Translations under genes and position numbers: made by a program
Shown here: positions 1-8,590 of the stretch, piece after piece
How positions within the stretch are numbered: the stretch's first letter is position 1
How the letters are laid out: every line of letters starts with the position of its first letter
Notes under the pieces: model-generated
Seen by the model: only the letters and a program-made list of their open reading frames with translations
Told to the model about the DNA's origin: nothing
Database searches by the model: none
Virus record (IMG/VR): IMGVR_UViG_3300030060_002858
Location: 1 to 63,394 of that record
DNA: 63,394 bases
Reading direction: 5' to 3' (one strand)
Source of the DNA: a virus
Lineage: Duplodnaviria > Caudoviricetes

Positions 1-2
1 CT

Positions 3-245
3 GTCTCTATTATATCTACTAAGATTAGAAAACCTAATCAGATTATTCAACCTTGGCAATTTGGCCACGGTGAAACTAAAGCTACTTGTCTCTGGCTTAA
101 GAATCTTCCTAAGTTAAAGCCTACGGATATTGTAGACGGACGGGAAGCTCGTATACATAATATACCTCCTAGCAAAGACCGATGGAAGATTAGGTCTACT
201 ACATATTTAGGTATTGCCAATGCAATGGCAGAACAGTGGGGATAA
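3..245 (+). CDS. DNA cytosine methyltransferase-like protein, C-terminal part (runs off the window start)
   Basis: Own translation of frame 3: VSIISTKIRKPNQIIQPWQFGHGETKATCLWLKNLP...RSTTYLGIANAMAEQWG*. This is the typical C-terminus of a common phage C5-MTase-like family. Not in the ORF track. Confidence 0.75.
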   Translation, partial: VSIISTKIRKPNQIIQPWQFGHGETKATCLWLKNLPKLKPTDIVDGREARIHNIPPSKDRWKIRSTTYLGIANAMAEQWG

Positions 246-455
246 ATGGAACGTACTTATCAAGGTAGTAAAAAAATTTCTTATCTTAATGCTTTGGCTA
301 AACTGAAAGCGTTGAAAGCGTCTTACGAATCTAAATCAGATGGATCTTCTGTGGTTTCTATGTTAACTAGGGAGATCGAAGAACTTAATTTTATAATTAT
401 TAACTGGGATACTTTAAGTAGCAAGGATACAGATGAACAAGAGAACACTAATTGA
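246..455 (+). CDS. hypothetical protein
   Basis: ORF abuts the previous stop codon and is tightly packed with its neighbours. Confidence 0.55.
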   Translation: MERTYQGSKKISYLNALAKLKALKASYESKSDGSSVVSMLTREIEELNFIIINWDTLSSKDTDEQENTN

Positions 456-642
456 TCCGGGCCAACATTGGCACAAGGATAATCTAGGCGACGAAGATTA
501 CATAGAAGTACCAGGTATTGATTACCCTAACTACGACGAACACTCTGAAGATAAAACTACATACAACGAACTTAATTGGAAACCTTTGACCTATGACTCA
601 AGCGCTCAATCGTGGGATGAGGATACCGAAATCCCTTTCTAA
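433..642 (+). CDS. small acidic protein with SSB-like C-terminal tail (DEDTEIPF)
   Basis: AAGGA RBS upstream; D/E-rich; ends in IPF. Confidence 0.55.
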   Translation: MNKRTLIDPGQHWHKDNLGDEDYIEVPGIDYPNYDEHSEDKTTYNELNWKPLTYDSSAQSWDEDTEIPF

Positions 643-1000
643 TTTTGTAGAAGGCGCTTGGGAAATAGCAAAAAAATCTAATCAAAGAAAAAGACATGTG
701 TCTGTTATAACAAGGCAAGGTCTTATTCTTTCTGCAGAAGGCAACGCTTTTGAAGTACCTGACGCATATTCTTATAGAGGATATCGAAGTCTTCACAGTG
801 AAATCCACGCTTTTATGAAAGTAAATCAACGAGATAATCTTAGTTTGTACAACTTTAGATTTAATAATCAAGGTAAACTACGTATGGCTAAGCCTTGTGA
901 GATCTGCATGCCTTGGTGTACTGCGGTCTTTGATAACATTTACTATTCTAATGACGAAGGTAATCTTGTTAAACTAATTAAGGAACCTAATGATGTATGA
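617..1000 (+). CDS. zinc-dependent cytidine/dCMP deaminase-fold protein 1
   Basis: HSE and KPCEIC give the HxE...PCxxC signature. Start placed at ATG 617 by alignment with the paralogue at 3912. Confidence 0.8.
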   Translation: MRIPKSLSNFVEGAWEIAKKSNQRKRHVSVITRQGLILSAEGNAFEVPDAYSYRGYRSLHSEIHAFMKVNQRDNLSLYNFRFNNQGKLRMAKPCEICMPWCTAVFDNIYYSNDEGNLVKLIKEPNDV

Positions 1001-1202
1001 TAATCTATACGAAATTACTCGTAGAGAGTATGAAGTTAGATTGCCTGATGAAACTCTATTGGAGATTACTGTTGATGAGCATAACTTCACTGCGTTTTAT
1101 CAAAACAAAGAACATGGAGTTTTTTGGGATGAAGTAGTACCCGCTTCTCCTTTGGAAGTACTAGCTAAGCTTATTCTTAAGGAGACTGAAAATGGAAGAT
1201 AG
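990..1202 (+). CDS. hypothetical protein
   Basis: AAGGA RBS; overlapping gene packing. Confidence 0.55.
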   Translation: MMYDNLYEITRREYEVRLPDETLLEITVDEHNFTAFYQNKEHGVFWDEVVPASPLEVLAKLILKETENGR

Positions 1203-1395
1203 GTTTGATGTCTACGGTCCTTACACTATTTCTAATGATAAAGTATACGTAAAGACATACTACTACCCGCTTGAGTTTGGGTCTGCTGATTTGAGAGATA
1301 TTATTACTAAGAAGAAGAACGAACTAACTAAAGAACTTTCTTCTTGGTGTCAACTAGAACACGATAATGAAAGAGCTATGAATGCGACAGACTGA
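1192..1395 (+). CDS. hypothetical protein, paralogue of 16268..16489
   Basis: AGGAG RBS; DVYGPYTIS..FGSADL matches DPYGPYSIS..LGSLEL. Confidence 0.65.
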   Translation: MEDRFDVYGPYTISNDKVYVKTYYYPLEFGSADLRDIITKKKNELTKELSSWCQLEHDNERAMNATD

Positions 1396-2065
1396 TGGAT
1401 GGGTTGTAGAACCTTTTGATCCTGTGGTTTATGTGGATAAGATGGGCGATGATTATGCTGTATGTGATGCAGCTCGTGTATCTTTTGATAAGACAGCTGA
1501 TACATATACGCCAGAAAATAATCAGAAACTACTTAATTATCTAGCCAAGCATAAACACTGGTCTCCTTTTGCTCATGCTCATATTAAGTTTAAGTTTCAA
1601 GCTCCTATGTTTATTGCTCGTCAGTTTGTAAAGCATCAAATTGGTTTTGCTTGGAACGAAGTAAGTCGTCGTTATGTTTCTACAGAACCTAAGTTTTTTG
1701 TTCCAACTTTATGGCGAAAACGTCCTGATAACATGAAGCAGGGTTCTGTATTTGATGGAGCGGTTCCTGTTGAAGGCGACTCTCTTACTAAGTATGTTGA
1801 TCAAATGCGTGAACATAGTAAAGACTATCGTTCTATGATTGCTGGGGGTATTTGTCCCGAACAAGTTCGTATGCTTATGCCTCAGTGCATGTTGACTGAA
1901 TGGATTTGGACAGGTTCTCTACAGGCGTGGTGGCGTTTCTTTGAACTAAGAAGCGACTCTCATGCACAAGCTGAGTGTTGGCCTTATGCTCATGCTGTTA
2001 AAGAAGAAATATCTAATCACTTTCCTATGTCATGGAAAGCTTTACAAGGAACTAACAATGCCTAA
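1382..2065 (+). CDS. thyX: FAD-dependent thymidylate synthase
   Basis: AARVSF, HWSPFAH and ARQFVKH..WNEVSRRY (ThyX signature region), followed by RSDSHAQAE. Confidence 0.95.
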   Translation: MRQTDGWVVEPFDPVVYVDKMGDDYAVCDAARVSFDKTADTYTPENNQKLLNYLAKHKHWSPFAHAHIKFKFQAPMFIARQFVKHQIGFAWNEVSRRYVSTEPKFFVPTLWRKRPDNMKQGSVFDGAVPVEGDSLTKYVDQMREHSKDYRSMIAGGICPEQVRMLMPQCMLTEWIWTGSLQAWWRFFELRSDSHAQAECWPYAHAVKEEISNHFPMSWKALQGTNNA

Positions 2066-2471
2066 TTGGTGTGAAAATAGAGTGACAATTTATTTCGATA
2101 CTTTGGATGACAAAGTTCTTTTTATTGATAGATGTCTTACAAAGTCTAGTGAAAATCTTGATTCTTATTTCCTAGATTTTCATAAGATCCGACCTTTGGG
2201 TTTGGGTGAAGATGAAAATGGTGAGCCAAATTGGGATTACAATGTAGCGGTAGATCTTTGGGGAACTAAGTGGGCAGTTGAAGAAATAGTAGCTGATCAA
2301 ACTTGGGTAGACGATAAAGAAGATCTTTGGCTTCAAATGTACTTTGAAACAGCTTGGGCTCCTCCCGATGGAATCTACAATGAGCTTAATGCAATGTTTG
2401 ACGATGCTGATATCTCTTGGTTTTATGACGAACCTGGTATGCAATTTGCTGGATATCTAGGTAACGATTAA
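2058..2471 (+). CDS. YubB/DUF1281-like ferredoxin-fold protein
   Basis: MPNWCEN start with AAGGA RBS; WGTKW, FETAWAPP and YDEPGMQFAG motifs. Confidence 0.75.
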   Translation: MPNWCENRVTIYFDTLDDKVLFIDRCLTKSSENLDSYFLDFHKIRPLGLGEDENGEPNWDYNVAVDLWGTKWAVEEIVADQTWVDDKEDLWLQMYFETAWAPPDGIYNELNAMFDDADISWFYDEPGMQFAGYLGND

Positions 2472-2477
2472 GGTGTA

Positions 2478-2550
<73 letters not shown>

Positions 2551-2553
2551 TTA

Positions 2554-2633
2554 GCACTGGCAAGCTGCGTTGGCGTGTAGCGGGTGACTTATAATCGCCG
2601 TCATTTTCGTAGGTTCGAATCCTGCCCGGTGCA
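2554..2633 (+). tRNA. tRNA-Ile(UAU), atypical D arm and variable region
   Basis: Acceptor GCACTGG/CCGGTGC; anticodon arm GGTGA-CT-TAT-AA-TCGCC; T loop GGTTCGAATCC. Confidence 0.8.
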
Positions 2634-2635
2634 TT

Positions 2636-2709
2636 GGGCTGGTAGCTTAGCGGTCTAAAGCTGTCGACTCATAATCGATAGATCGTCGGTTCGAATCCGA
2701 CCCGGCCCA
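2636..2709 (+). tRNA. tRNA with CAU anticodon (probably Ile2/lysidine type, otherwise Met)
   Basis: Acceptor GGGCTGG/CCGGCCC. The anticodon arm GTCGA-CTCATAA-TCGAT resembles bacterial ileX-type arms and lacks the initiator GGG/CCC pairs. Confidence 0.85.
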
Positions 2710-2721
2710 TTGGAGAATATT

Positions 2722-2850
2722 ATGTCTAAGTTCTGGGAAGATTTAGCTGAGTATGTAATAGAGCAATTAGAAAAACAAAAGATTGAAAAGAATGAATCTC
2801 TCATAAAAAAGTTAAAAAGTTTTCTTGGTAATAAAGAAAAGGATTCGTAA
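2722..2850 (+). CDS. small hypothetical protein (42 aa)
   Basis: GGAG RBS; own translation MSKFWEDLAEYVIEQLEKQ... Confidence 0.5.
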   Translation: MSKFWEDLAEYVIEQLEKQKIEKNESLIKKLKSFLGNKEKDS

Positions 2851-2987
2851 TGGCATCAAAGACAAACGTAGGTAATAAAGGTATGATCCGTGGTCTAAAG
2901 CCCGGTCGTCCTCGTAGATCAAAGAAGAGCAAGGGTAATACTCCTGCTCGTACTTCTCGTTCAGGTAATGGAAAGAGGATTAGATGA
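2850..2987 (+). CDS. small basic protein (45 aa)
   Basis: TAATG coupling; MASKTNVGNKGMIRGLKPGRPRRSKKSKGNTPARTSRSGNGKRIR. Confidence 0.55.
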   Translation: MASKTNVGNKGMIRGLKPGRPRRSKKSKGNTPARTSRSGNGKRIR

Positions 2988-3235
2988 GCGCACTTTCAGA
3001 AATTGAATACTTAGTCGGTAGATGGGTTCAAGATTGTATCCCACATCATTACAACGCTGAGAATAAATCAGATGCTTGGGAAGATAATTTAGAAAACTTC
3101 ATTGAGGATATAGCTTCAGAAATTGAAGGTGACTTAGAACCTATGATAGATACGTGGTTAGATAATCATTTTGAGTATCGTATTGAGACTTGGGTTGATA
3201 GTCTCCCTGAAAACGAGGAAGAAGATGAAGACTGA
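2984..3235 (+). CDS. acidic hypothetical protein
   Basis: GAGG RBS; ATGA overlap with the upstream gene. Confidence 0.6.
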   Translation: MSALSEIEYLVGRWVQDCIPHHYNAENKSDAWEDNLENFIEDIASEIEGDLEPMIDTWLDNHFEYRIETWVDSLPENEEEDED

Positions 3236-3452
3236 ATACTTTGGTATTAATGACAGCGGTGAGCTCCATAATCTAGGAGAATGGGATTGTTGGGACGATA
3301 TAGAATACGAAGGAATCCCAAATCATTATTCTTGGATTTGGACTAGAGAATCTTTTACTCACTTTCTTTCTTATGGTGTAATGCTATTAGGAAGTAAAGA
3401 AGAAGGTGACGCTAACAACGAACTTTTTAGAAATGGAAAAATTAATGACTAA
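3225..3452 (+). CDS. hypothetical protein
   Basis: ATG 3225 (MKTEYFG) with GAGG upstream. Confidence 0.5.
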   Translation: MKTEYFGINDSGELHNLGEWDCWDDIEYEGIPNHYSWIWTRESFTHFLSYGVMLLGSKEEGDANNELFRNGKIND

Positions 3453-3678
3453 GCAACTTTATGATATTATTATTGACGTATGTGAGACTACTTGGTCTGC
3501 TGCTGAAGTTGTTATTGAAGCTGAAAGCATGGAAGAGGCTATTGCTAAGTTTGAACAAGATCCTTGGAAGAACGAGTGGGATCATTGGTCAACCTATGAC
3601 AGCGAGGTTCAAGACTGGAGTGTTAATGTAGACGAAACTGAAAGAACTAATCTTTGCCATTTGGATGAAGACTGCTAA
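3445..3678 (+). CDS. acidic hypothetical protein
   Basis: ATG 3445 overlaps the end of the previous gene. Confidence 0.5.
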   Translation: MTKQLYDIIIDVCETTWSAAEVVIEAESMEEAIAKFEQDPWKNEWDHWSTYDSEVQDWSVNVDETERTNLCHLDEDC

Positions 3679-3830
3679 TGAATGATGTACAAGATATTGA
3701 TTGGTTTGAAGTAGCATCCTGTTTTTACTATGCTTCTGGCGGCGAAAGTGGTCTGCCTGATGATGACGGGCTAGACTATCTTTGCAACAAGTATGGTAAG
3801 TATTTTTCATACGATGAAGAGGAAGAATAA
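3678..3830 (+). CDS. small acidic hypothetical protein (50 aa)
   Basis: TAATG coupling; MNDVQDIDWFEVASCFYY...DEEEE. Confidence 0.45.
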   Translation: MNDVQDIDWFEVASCFYYASGGESGLPDDDGLDYLCNKYGKYFSYDEEEE

Positions 3831-3835
3831 ATCCT

Positions 3836-3909
3836 GCCCCGGTAGCTCAGCTGGACAGAGCAGCTGACTTCTAATCAGCAGGTCGTAGGTTCGAGTCCTA
3901 CTCGGGGTG
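3836..3909 (+). tRNA. tRNA-Arg(UCU)
   Basis: Acceptor GCCCCGG/TCGGGGT; anticodon arm GCTGA-CT-TCT-AA-TCAGC; GGTTCGAGTCC. Confidence 0.95.
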
Positions 3910-3911
3910 CT

Positions 3912-4271
3912 ATGAAACTAGATAAATATATTAATACAGCATTGCCTATTGCTGTAGATAACAAAAGAAAAAAGAAGCATGTGTCTTTGATTGTTCGAAA
4001 GGGTGATATTGTTTCTGTGGGTATTAATAAAATGAAGACCCACCCCCTTGCAAAACAATACGGATACAGGTATAATGAAATACATTCGGAGCTAGACGCA
4101 TTGCTTAAGTACAAGGGACCAAAAGATAAACTTGTTCTTGTTAACTTTAGGTTTAATCGTTTTGGTGATATGAGAATGAGTAAACCATGTAAGTTGTGTT
4201 TGCCGTGGTGTTCTGCGGTATTCGATAAAATTATTTATTCCACTGTTGATGGGATGGTCACGGCTCCGTAG
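3912..4271 (+). CDS. zinc-dependent cytidine/dCMP deaminase-fold protein 2
   Basis: HSE and KPCKLC motifs; clear paralogue of 617..1000. Confidence 0.8.
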   Translation: MKLDKYINTALPIAVDNKRKKKHVSLIVRKGDIVSVGINKMKTHPLAKQYGYRYNEIHSELDALLKYKGPKDKLVLVNFRFNRFGDMRMSKPCKLCLPWCSAVFDKIIYSTVDGMVTAP

Positions 4272-4335
4272 CCCAATCGGCAGAGGCAATAGACTTAAAA
4301 TCTATACAGTGTGGGTTCGAGTCCCACCGGAGCTA
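4262..4335 (+). tRNA. tRNA-Leu(UAA) with a short variable loop
   Basis: Acceptor GGCTCCG/CGGAGCT; anticodon arm ATAGA-CT-TAA-AA-TCTAT; GGTTCGAGTCC. Confidence 0.9.
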
Positions 4336-4351
4336 TTTCAAGGAGACTATT

Positions 4352-4540
4352 GTGGGTCAGTTTAAGAACAAAGCTTATAGTTGTTGGGAAATGTGGAGAT
4401 CAAATGTTGCTAAACCAGATTGGGATAAGATTGGCAAGGCCAATGGAGTCAGTCCAAGTATTGCCGAAGACATGGCAAAAGGATGGGAAGCAGAGATGTC
4501 TCGACAAGAAGTGGAACACGAACCTGATTGGATTGGGTAA
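4352..4540 (+). CDS. hypothetical protein (possible small HTH)
   Basis: AGGAG RBS before GTG; WDKIGKANGVSPSIA is HTH-like. Confidence 0.55.
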   Translation: MGQFKNKAYSCWEMWRSNVAKPDWDKIGKANGVSPSIAEDMAKGWEAEMSRQEVEHEPDWIG

Positions 4541-4641
4541 TGGCAAAGATTAAACAACACCATCCCGGATCTAAAAAGGGTAAGCCCCGTCGATCAAAGA
4601 AAAACAAATACGGAGTACGGCGTAGAGGCCGAAAGAACTAA
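4540..4641 (+). CDS. small basic protein (33 aa)
   Basis: TAATG coupling at both ends; MAKIKQHHPGSKKGKPRRSKKNKYGVRRRGRKN. Confidence 0.5.
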   Translation: MAKIKQHHPGSKKGKPRRSKKNKYGVRRRGRKN

Positions 4642-4811
4642 TGCATGGTAATAAAAAGCGAAGGGATTATAATCATAAAGATGATAGACCTAAGCAAAAG
4701 AAAGTAAAAGAAAGAGGCCGATCAACTATCAAATCTAGGTTGCGTAATCTAGAAGATAATTGGGAAATGGTTTCAGAAAAGTTTATTAAGGAAAAAAATA
4801 ATGAGTCATGA
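4641..4811 (+). CDS. small basic hypothetical protein (56 aa)
   Basis: TAATG coupling; MHGNKKRRDYNHKDDRPKQ... Confidence 0.4.
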   Translation: MHGNKKRRDYNHKDDRPKQKKVKERGRSTIKSRLRNLEDNWEMVSEKFIKEKNNES

Positions 4812-5784
4812 AATGATGGAAAACGACTCAGCTGTTTACTTTAAGAACCCCGCATGGCATGGTCTTGGTAAGACAGTTGAAGATGCAATCACTGTAAGTG
4901 AAGCAATGGATATGGCCGAGCTTAATTGGGAAGTTGATAAGTGGCCGCTGTTTACTTCTCATGGAGTACAAGCATTTGACTATCGAGGTGTAATGCGAAG
5001 CGACACCAAGGAAATCATTGGTGTTGTGTCTCCTCGTTATCAGCCTGTGCAGAACTGGGAAGCGTTCAATCTTGCTAGGTACTTTGGCAGCGATGTAAAG
5101 GTTGAGTCTGCTGGTTCTATTCGTAATGGTCGTAATGTCTATCTCCTTCTTAGGGGCGAAACATTTGATGCGGTCCCAAATGATACGGTACACAAGTACA
5201 TGGCACTGTTTTGGGGACATGATGGCACTGCGTCCTTGACAGTGCTTCCTACTTCTGTTAGAGTAGTGTGTAAGAACACTCTTGCTATGGTCATGGGACA
5301 AGCCAGAGGTACTTCTAACAAGATCTCGATTAGCCACAATGGTGACATCGCAGAAAAGATGCGGGCTGCTGAAGAGGCAGTCAAGAAGTTCAAGGAAACA
5401 GGCAAGCTATTTGAAAGCAAGGTTAAGCATATGGCAGCTTCTAACCCACGAAGAGAAAACATTAGTCAGTTCTTCTTGAACGTCTATGCTAATCTTAATA
5501 AGGTTGCTGTTGTTACTAACCCTTCTACTGAAAAGGAAGAAGAGGTTTACACAAAGGCACTTACTACTGTCAGTAAGTGGACTGAGACTTTTGAACTTGA
5601 GTCTCAGGATTTCGGTAACTGGAGTTATTGGACTGCTGCTAACGCAGTAACCAACGACATCCAGCATCGAGTTGCTGCAAGAGGAAAGAAGAAGTCCCCC
5701 GCTTCTTCAGCTTACAGCAATCTCATCGGTCAGAATGCTACAGATACCAACAAGGTATTTGCAATGGCACTGGCTGAAGTCTGA
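4801..5784 (+). CDS. DUF932 / phage-plasmid LGT (TIGR03299-like) protein
   Basis: PAWHGLG, YQPVQN, ESAGSIRNG, GHDG and TSVRVVCKNTL motifs. Confidence 0.9.
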   Translation: MSHEMMENDSAVYFKNPAWHGLGKTVEDAITVSEAMDMAELNWEVDKWPLFTSHGVQAFDYRGVMRSDTKEIIGVVSPRYQPVQNWEAFNLARYFGSDVKVESAGSIRNGRNVYLLLRGETFDAVPNDTVHKYMALFWGHDGTASLTVLPTSVRVVCKNTLAMVMGQARGTSNKISISHNGDIAEKMRAAEEAVKKFKETGKLFESKVKHMAASNPRRENISQFFLNVYANLNKVAVVTNPSTEKEEEVYTKALTTVSKWTETFELESQDFGNWSYWTAANAVTNDIQHRVAARGKKKSPASSAYSNLIGQNATDTNKVFAMALAEV

Positions 5785-5792
5785 TCAGACTA

Positions 5793-5839
5793 GGGATCCC
5801 CCTCTGGCTAGTATTCGCTCTACCAGAGGGGGTCATCCC
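5793..5839 (+). other. long intergenic hairpin (RNase III site or terminator candidate)
   Basis: Stem CCCCCTCTGG (5798-5807) / CCAGAGGGGG (5823-5832), extended by GGGAT/ATCCC. Confidence 0.6.
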
Positions 5840-5852
5840 GTTTGGAGGTTTC

Positions 5853-6140
5853 ATGGAACAAAAACACGATCAGTTAGCAGGTGGTAATTGGAATGCACAT
5901 AAACCACAAGTATGGAAAAAATTAAGAGAGAAGCATAAAAAACATAAAGCATCAGGCAAAGGTGGTCCTTCAATGCCTGAAAAACATGTGCCGTATGGCG
6001 GTGCAGGCAAGGGTGACATGAATAGAATTACTAACCAAACCAAATATTCTTTGGGCCTAGATCTTATACGCCTTGCAAAAGATAAGGGTAAAGATTCTGA
6101 AGAATATAAAGAAGCCCTTGAGGCTTGGAGGAACGCTTGA
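5853..6140 (+). CDS. hypothetical protein (GKGDxxR motif)
   Basis: GGAGG RBS; GAGKGDMNR. Confidence 0.6.
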   Translation: MEQKHDQLAGGNWNAHKPQVWKKLREKHKKHKASGKGGPSMPEKHVPYGGAGKGDMNRITNQTKYSLGLDLIRLAKDKGKDSEEYKEALEAWRNA

Positions 6141-8581
6141 TCTGGCACAAACTAACAGAAGAAGAAAAGGACATTAGAATACAATCACAAATATCCTTTG
6201 AAGAAAGTATGTTAGACTATGGAAGATCAAAGTATTGGCGTGAATATGACCGTGCTCCAGACGAAGGAATACCTGAACAAGAGCTAATTGATTCTTCTGT
6301 TCGTGAATTACAAGACTCTTATCAAGAATGGATAGATAAGGTTTGCTCTTCTGCACGCTGCCCTAAATGGTTGTACCCTCTAATTGAACTGGGTGCTAAA
6401 AAAATGGCTGACGTAACAATGCGAGCTATTGTAAGGAACTGGTTCTCTTCTTCTTATTGGGGATACAACTGGCAGAGCAATCAAATTGTACCTCCTCTTG
6501 CTCAATCTGTTGCCAGTCAAATAGCACAGGATGCTTTAGATATTATTGGATTCCAAAGAGCAAAAGATAACAACAGAGATGAGTGGCTCAAGCAATCTAA
6601 GTTTATAAAAAACTGGACAACAAAAAGATGCAAAGCATTCTCACTTAAACTAGAAGAGAATGTAAAGCTTTCAGTAAAAAACAAACATGACTTTGGTCAT
6701 AACATGTTGCGCATTGCTGCCGCATCTAATGTAATTAAATTAGTTACGCACCGAACAAGAAGAGGAAAAACATTTAGAAACTTATTGACTGTTGAGTTTC
6801 ACGCTTCTGTACTAAAAGAGTTACACAAGAGACATGAATTTTTACAGAACAGTGCCTTAATATATAGGCCAATGTTATCTCGTCCTGTACACCACAAGCT
6901 AGAATACTCTGGGGGCTACGTAAATTCAAAACTTAGAAAGCCTGTAGTACAAAGATACAAGTCAAACTTCTTTGGAGAAAAACCAAAGGATCAAAAGTTT
7001 TCTGTTCCTTCTCAGCTGGTGTTAGATGGGCTTAATTCTATGATGGATACAGAGTGGTCTATCAATACAAGAGTTTATGATGTAATGAAAACTTTGTTTG
7101 AGAATAATTCAGGGGTAGCTAACTTGCCCTACTATTCTTTTGAAGAGTTTATGTATAATGAGGAGTACCCTAAAGATGGGACTAAAGAACAACAGGCTTT
7201 GTGGTGCCAGAAAAAAGAAGAAGCTTGGGGCAAATGGTATAAGCAAGAGCAGTCAAGAGGTAGGATGCTTGTTCGGCTTGAGCTTGCAAAGGATCTTATC
7301 GAGTGCGGTTGGTTCTACCATGTATACACTTGCGACTTTAGGGGCAGAGCCTACACTGTTTGCGAGCTTTTGTCTCCTCAATCTTCCGACACTGATCGTG
7401 GATTGATACAATTCCACACGCCACAAAAACTAACAGAACGTGGAAGGTATTGGCAGAAAGTAAACATCGCCAATCTTTTTGATCAAGATAAAGTATCTTT
7501 AGATGAAAGAGTTAAGTGGGCTGATGATAACTTTGAAATGTTTACACGCATTGCTAATGATCCCTATACAAATAAAGAATGGTTAGATAGTTCGCCAAAG
7601 AAAAACAAATCATTCCAAAGACTGGCTGCAATCTTTGATATTGTTAGAGAAGATGGCTACAGTAGTATCCCAGTAAACATTGATGGCAAATGTAATGGCA
7701 ACCAGCATTGGTCTGCTATCATGGGCGATCCGGTCATAGCAAAGCTAACAGGAGTTAGTCCCGAAGATGAGCCTCATGATCTATATCAACACGTTGCTGA
7801 TAACACAACTGAATACTGTGTAAGACATAAAAAAGAAAACCAATGGTTTGAAAACTTTCTTTCATACTGGAATCATAAGATTGAAAGAGGGGTTACCAAA
7901 AGAAGTACAATGTGTGAGCCTTATGGTATAACTTTTTATGGCATTCAAAGATACATAAAAGAAGAAGGCCACTTAGATTGGGTGTCTAGAGATAAAAGAG
8001 GAGGTGCTATTGTTGAACTGGCAAGAGCAATAAAAGCAAGCCTTGATCTTTCTTTGCAAGAACCAAACAAAGGTAAAGAATATCTTAAGTCTTCTGTAGA
8101 AGAAGCAAACAAAAAGAATGTTCATGTTAAATGGACTACACCCAGCGGATTTAAAGTTGTTCATTACTATAATAAACAACAAAGAAAGAGATCATTGGCT
8201 GCGTTGTTTAATAAAAAAGAGCTTGTGTTTTATGTAAGAACAAATGACGTAAGCCCAAGAGAAGCAACGCAAGCTATCTCGCCTAACTTCATTCATAGTT
8301 TAGATGCAGCTCATATGTTTTTAACTATTGATATGATTATCAAGACTCATGGACCTATAGATTTTTGCATGATACATGATTCTTATGGTAGTCATGCGAA
8401 TGATGTTGATATAATGAGAGACTGTCTCAGAAAAACATTTGCAGATATACATTCAGAAAACCAACTGGAAATTTTCAAGAATCAACTTGAAGAACAACTC
8501 GGTGTAGAGTTGCCACCAGTCCCAGCAAGAGGCAATTTTGATATTACATCAGTCTTAGAATCAGATTACTTCTTTGCATGA
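6125..8581 (+). CDS. T7-type single-subunit DNA-directed RNA polymerase (RNAP1)
   Basis: DFRGR; motif A DGKCNG; DLY; motif B RGVTKRSTMCEPYG; SPNFIHSLD; motif C IHDSY; C-terminal YFFA. The TTG start is uncertain. Confidence 0.97.
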   Translation: MEERLIWHKLTEEEKDIRIQSQISFEESMLDYGRSKYWREYDRAPDEGIPEQELIDSSVRELQDSYQEWIDKVCSSARCPKWLYPLIELGAKKMADVTMRAIVRNWFSSSYWGYNWQSNQIVPPLAQSVASQIAQDALDIIGFQRAKDNNRDEWLKQSKFIKNWTTKRCKAFSLKLEENVKLSVKNKHDFGHNMLRIAAASNVIKLVTHRTRRGKTFRNLLTVEFHASVLKELHKRHEFLQNSALIYRPMLSRPVHHKLEYSGGYVNSKLRKPVVQRYKSNFFGEKPKDQKFSVPSQLVLDGLNSMMDTEWSINTRVYDVMKTLFENNSGVANLPYYSFEEFMYNEEYPKDGTKEQQALWCQKKEEAWGKWYKQEQSRGRMLVRLELAKDLIECGWFYHVYTCDFRGRAYTVCELLSPQSSDTDRGLIQFHTPQKLTERGRYWQKVNIANLFDQDKVSLDERVKWADDNFEMFTRIANDPYTNKEWLDSSPKKNKSFQRLAAIFDIVREDGYSSIPVNIDGKCNGNQHWSAIMGDPVIAKLTGVSPEDEPHDLYQHVADNTTEYCVRHKKENQWFENFLSYWNHKIERGVTKRSTMCEPYGITFYGIQRYIKEEGHLDWVSRDKRGGAIVELARAIKASLDLSLQEPNKGKEYLKSSVEEANKKNVHVKWTTPSGFKVVHYYNKQQRKRSLAALFNKKELVFYVRTNDVSPREATQAISPNFIHSLDAAHMFLTIDMIIKTHGPIDFCMIHDSYGSHANDVDIMRDCLRKTFADIHSENQLEIFKNQLEEQLGVELPPVPARGNFDITSVLESDYFFA

Positions 8582-8590
8582 GGTACAAAC

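Noticed and set aside
1962-2057. N-terminal extension of the 169-aa ORF
   Set aside because: It lies inside thyX; the family-typical start MPNWCEN at 2058 has an RBS.
4311-4553. 80-aa ORF starting inside tRNA-Leu, and the minus ORF across tRNA-Arg (3875..4114)
   Set aside because: Both overlap tRNA genes and better-supported CDSs.
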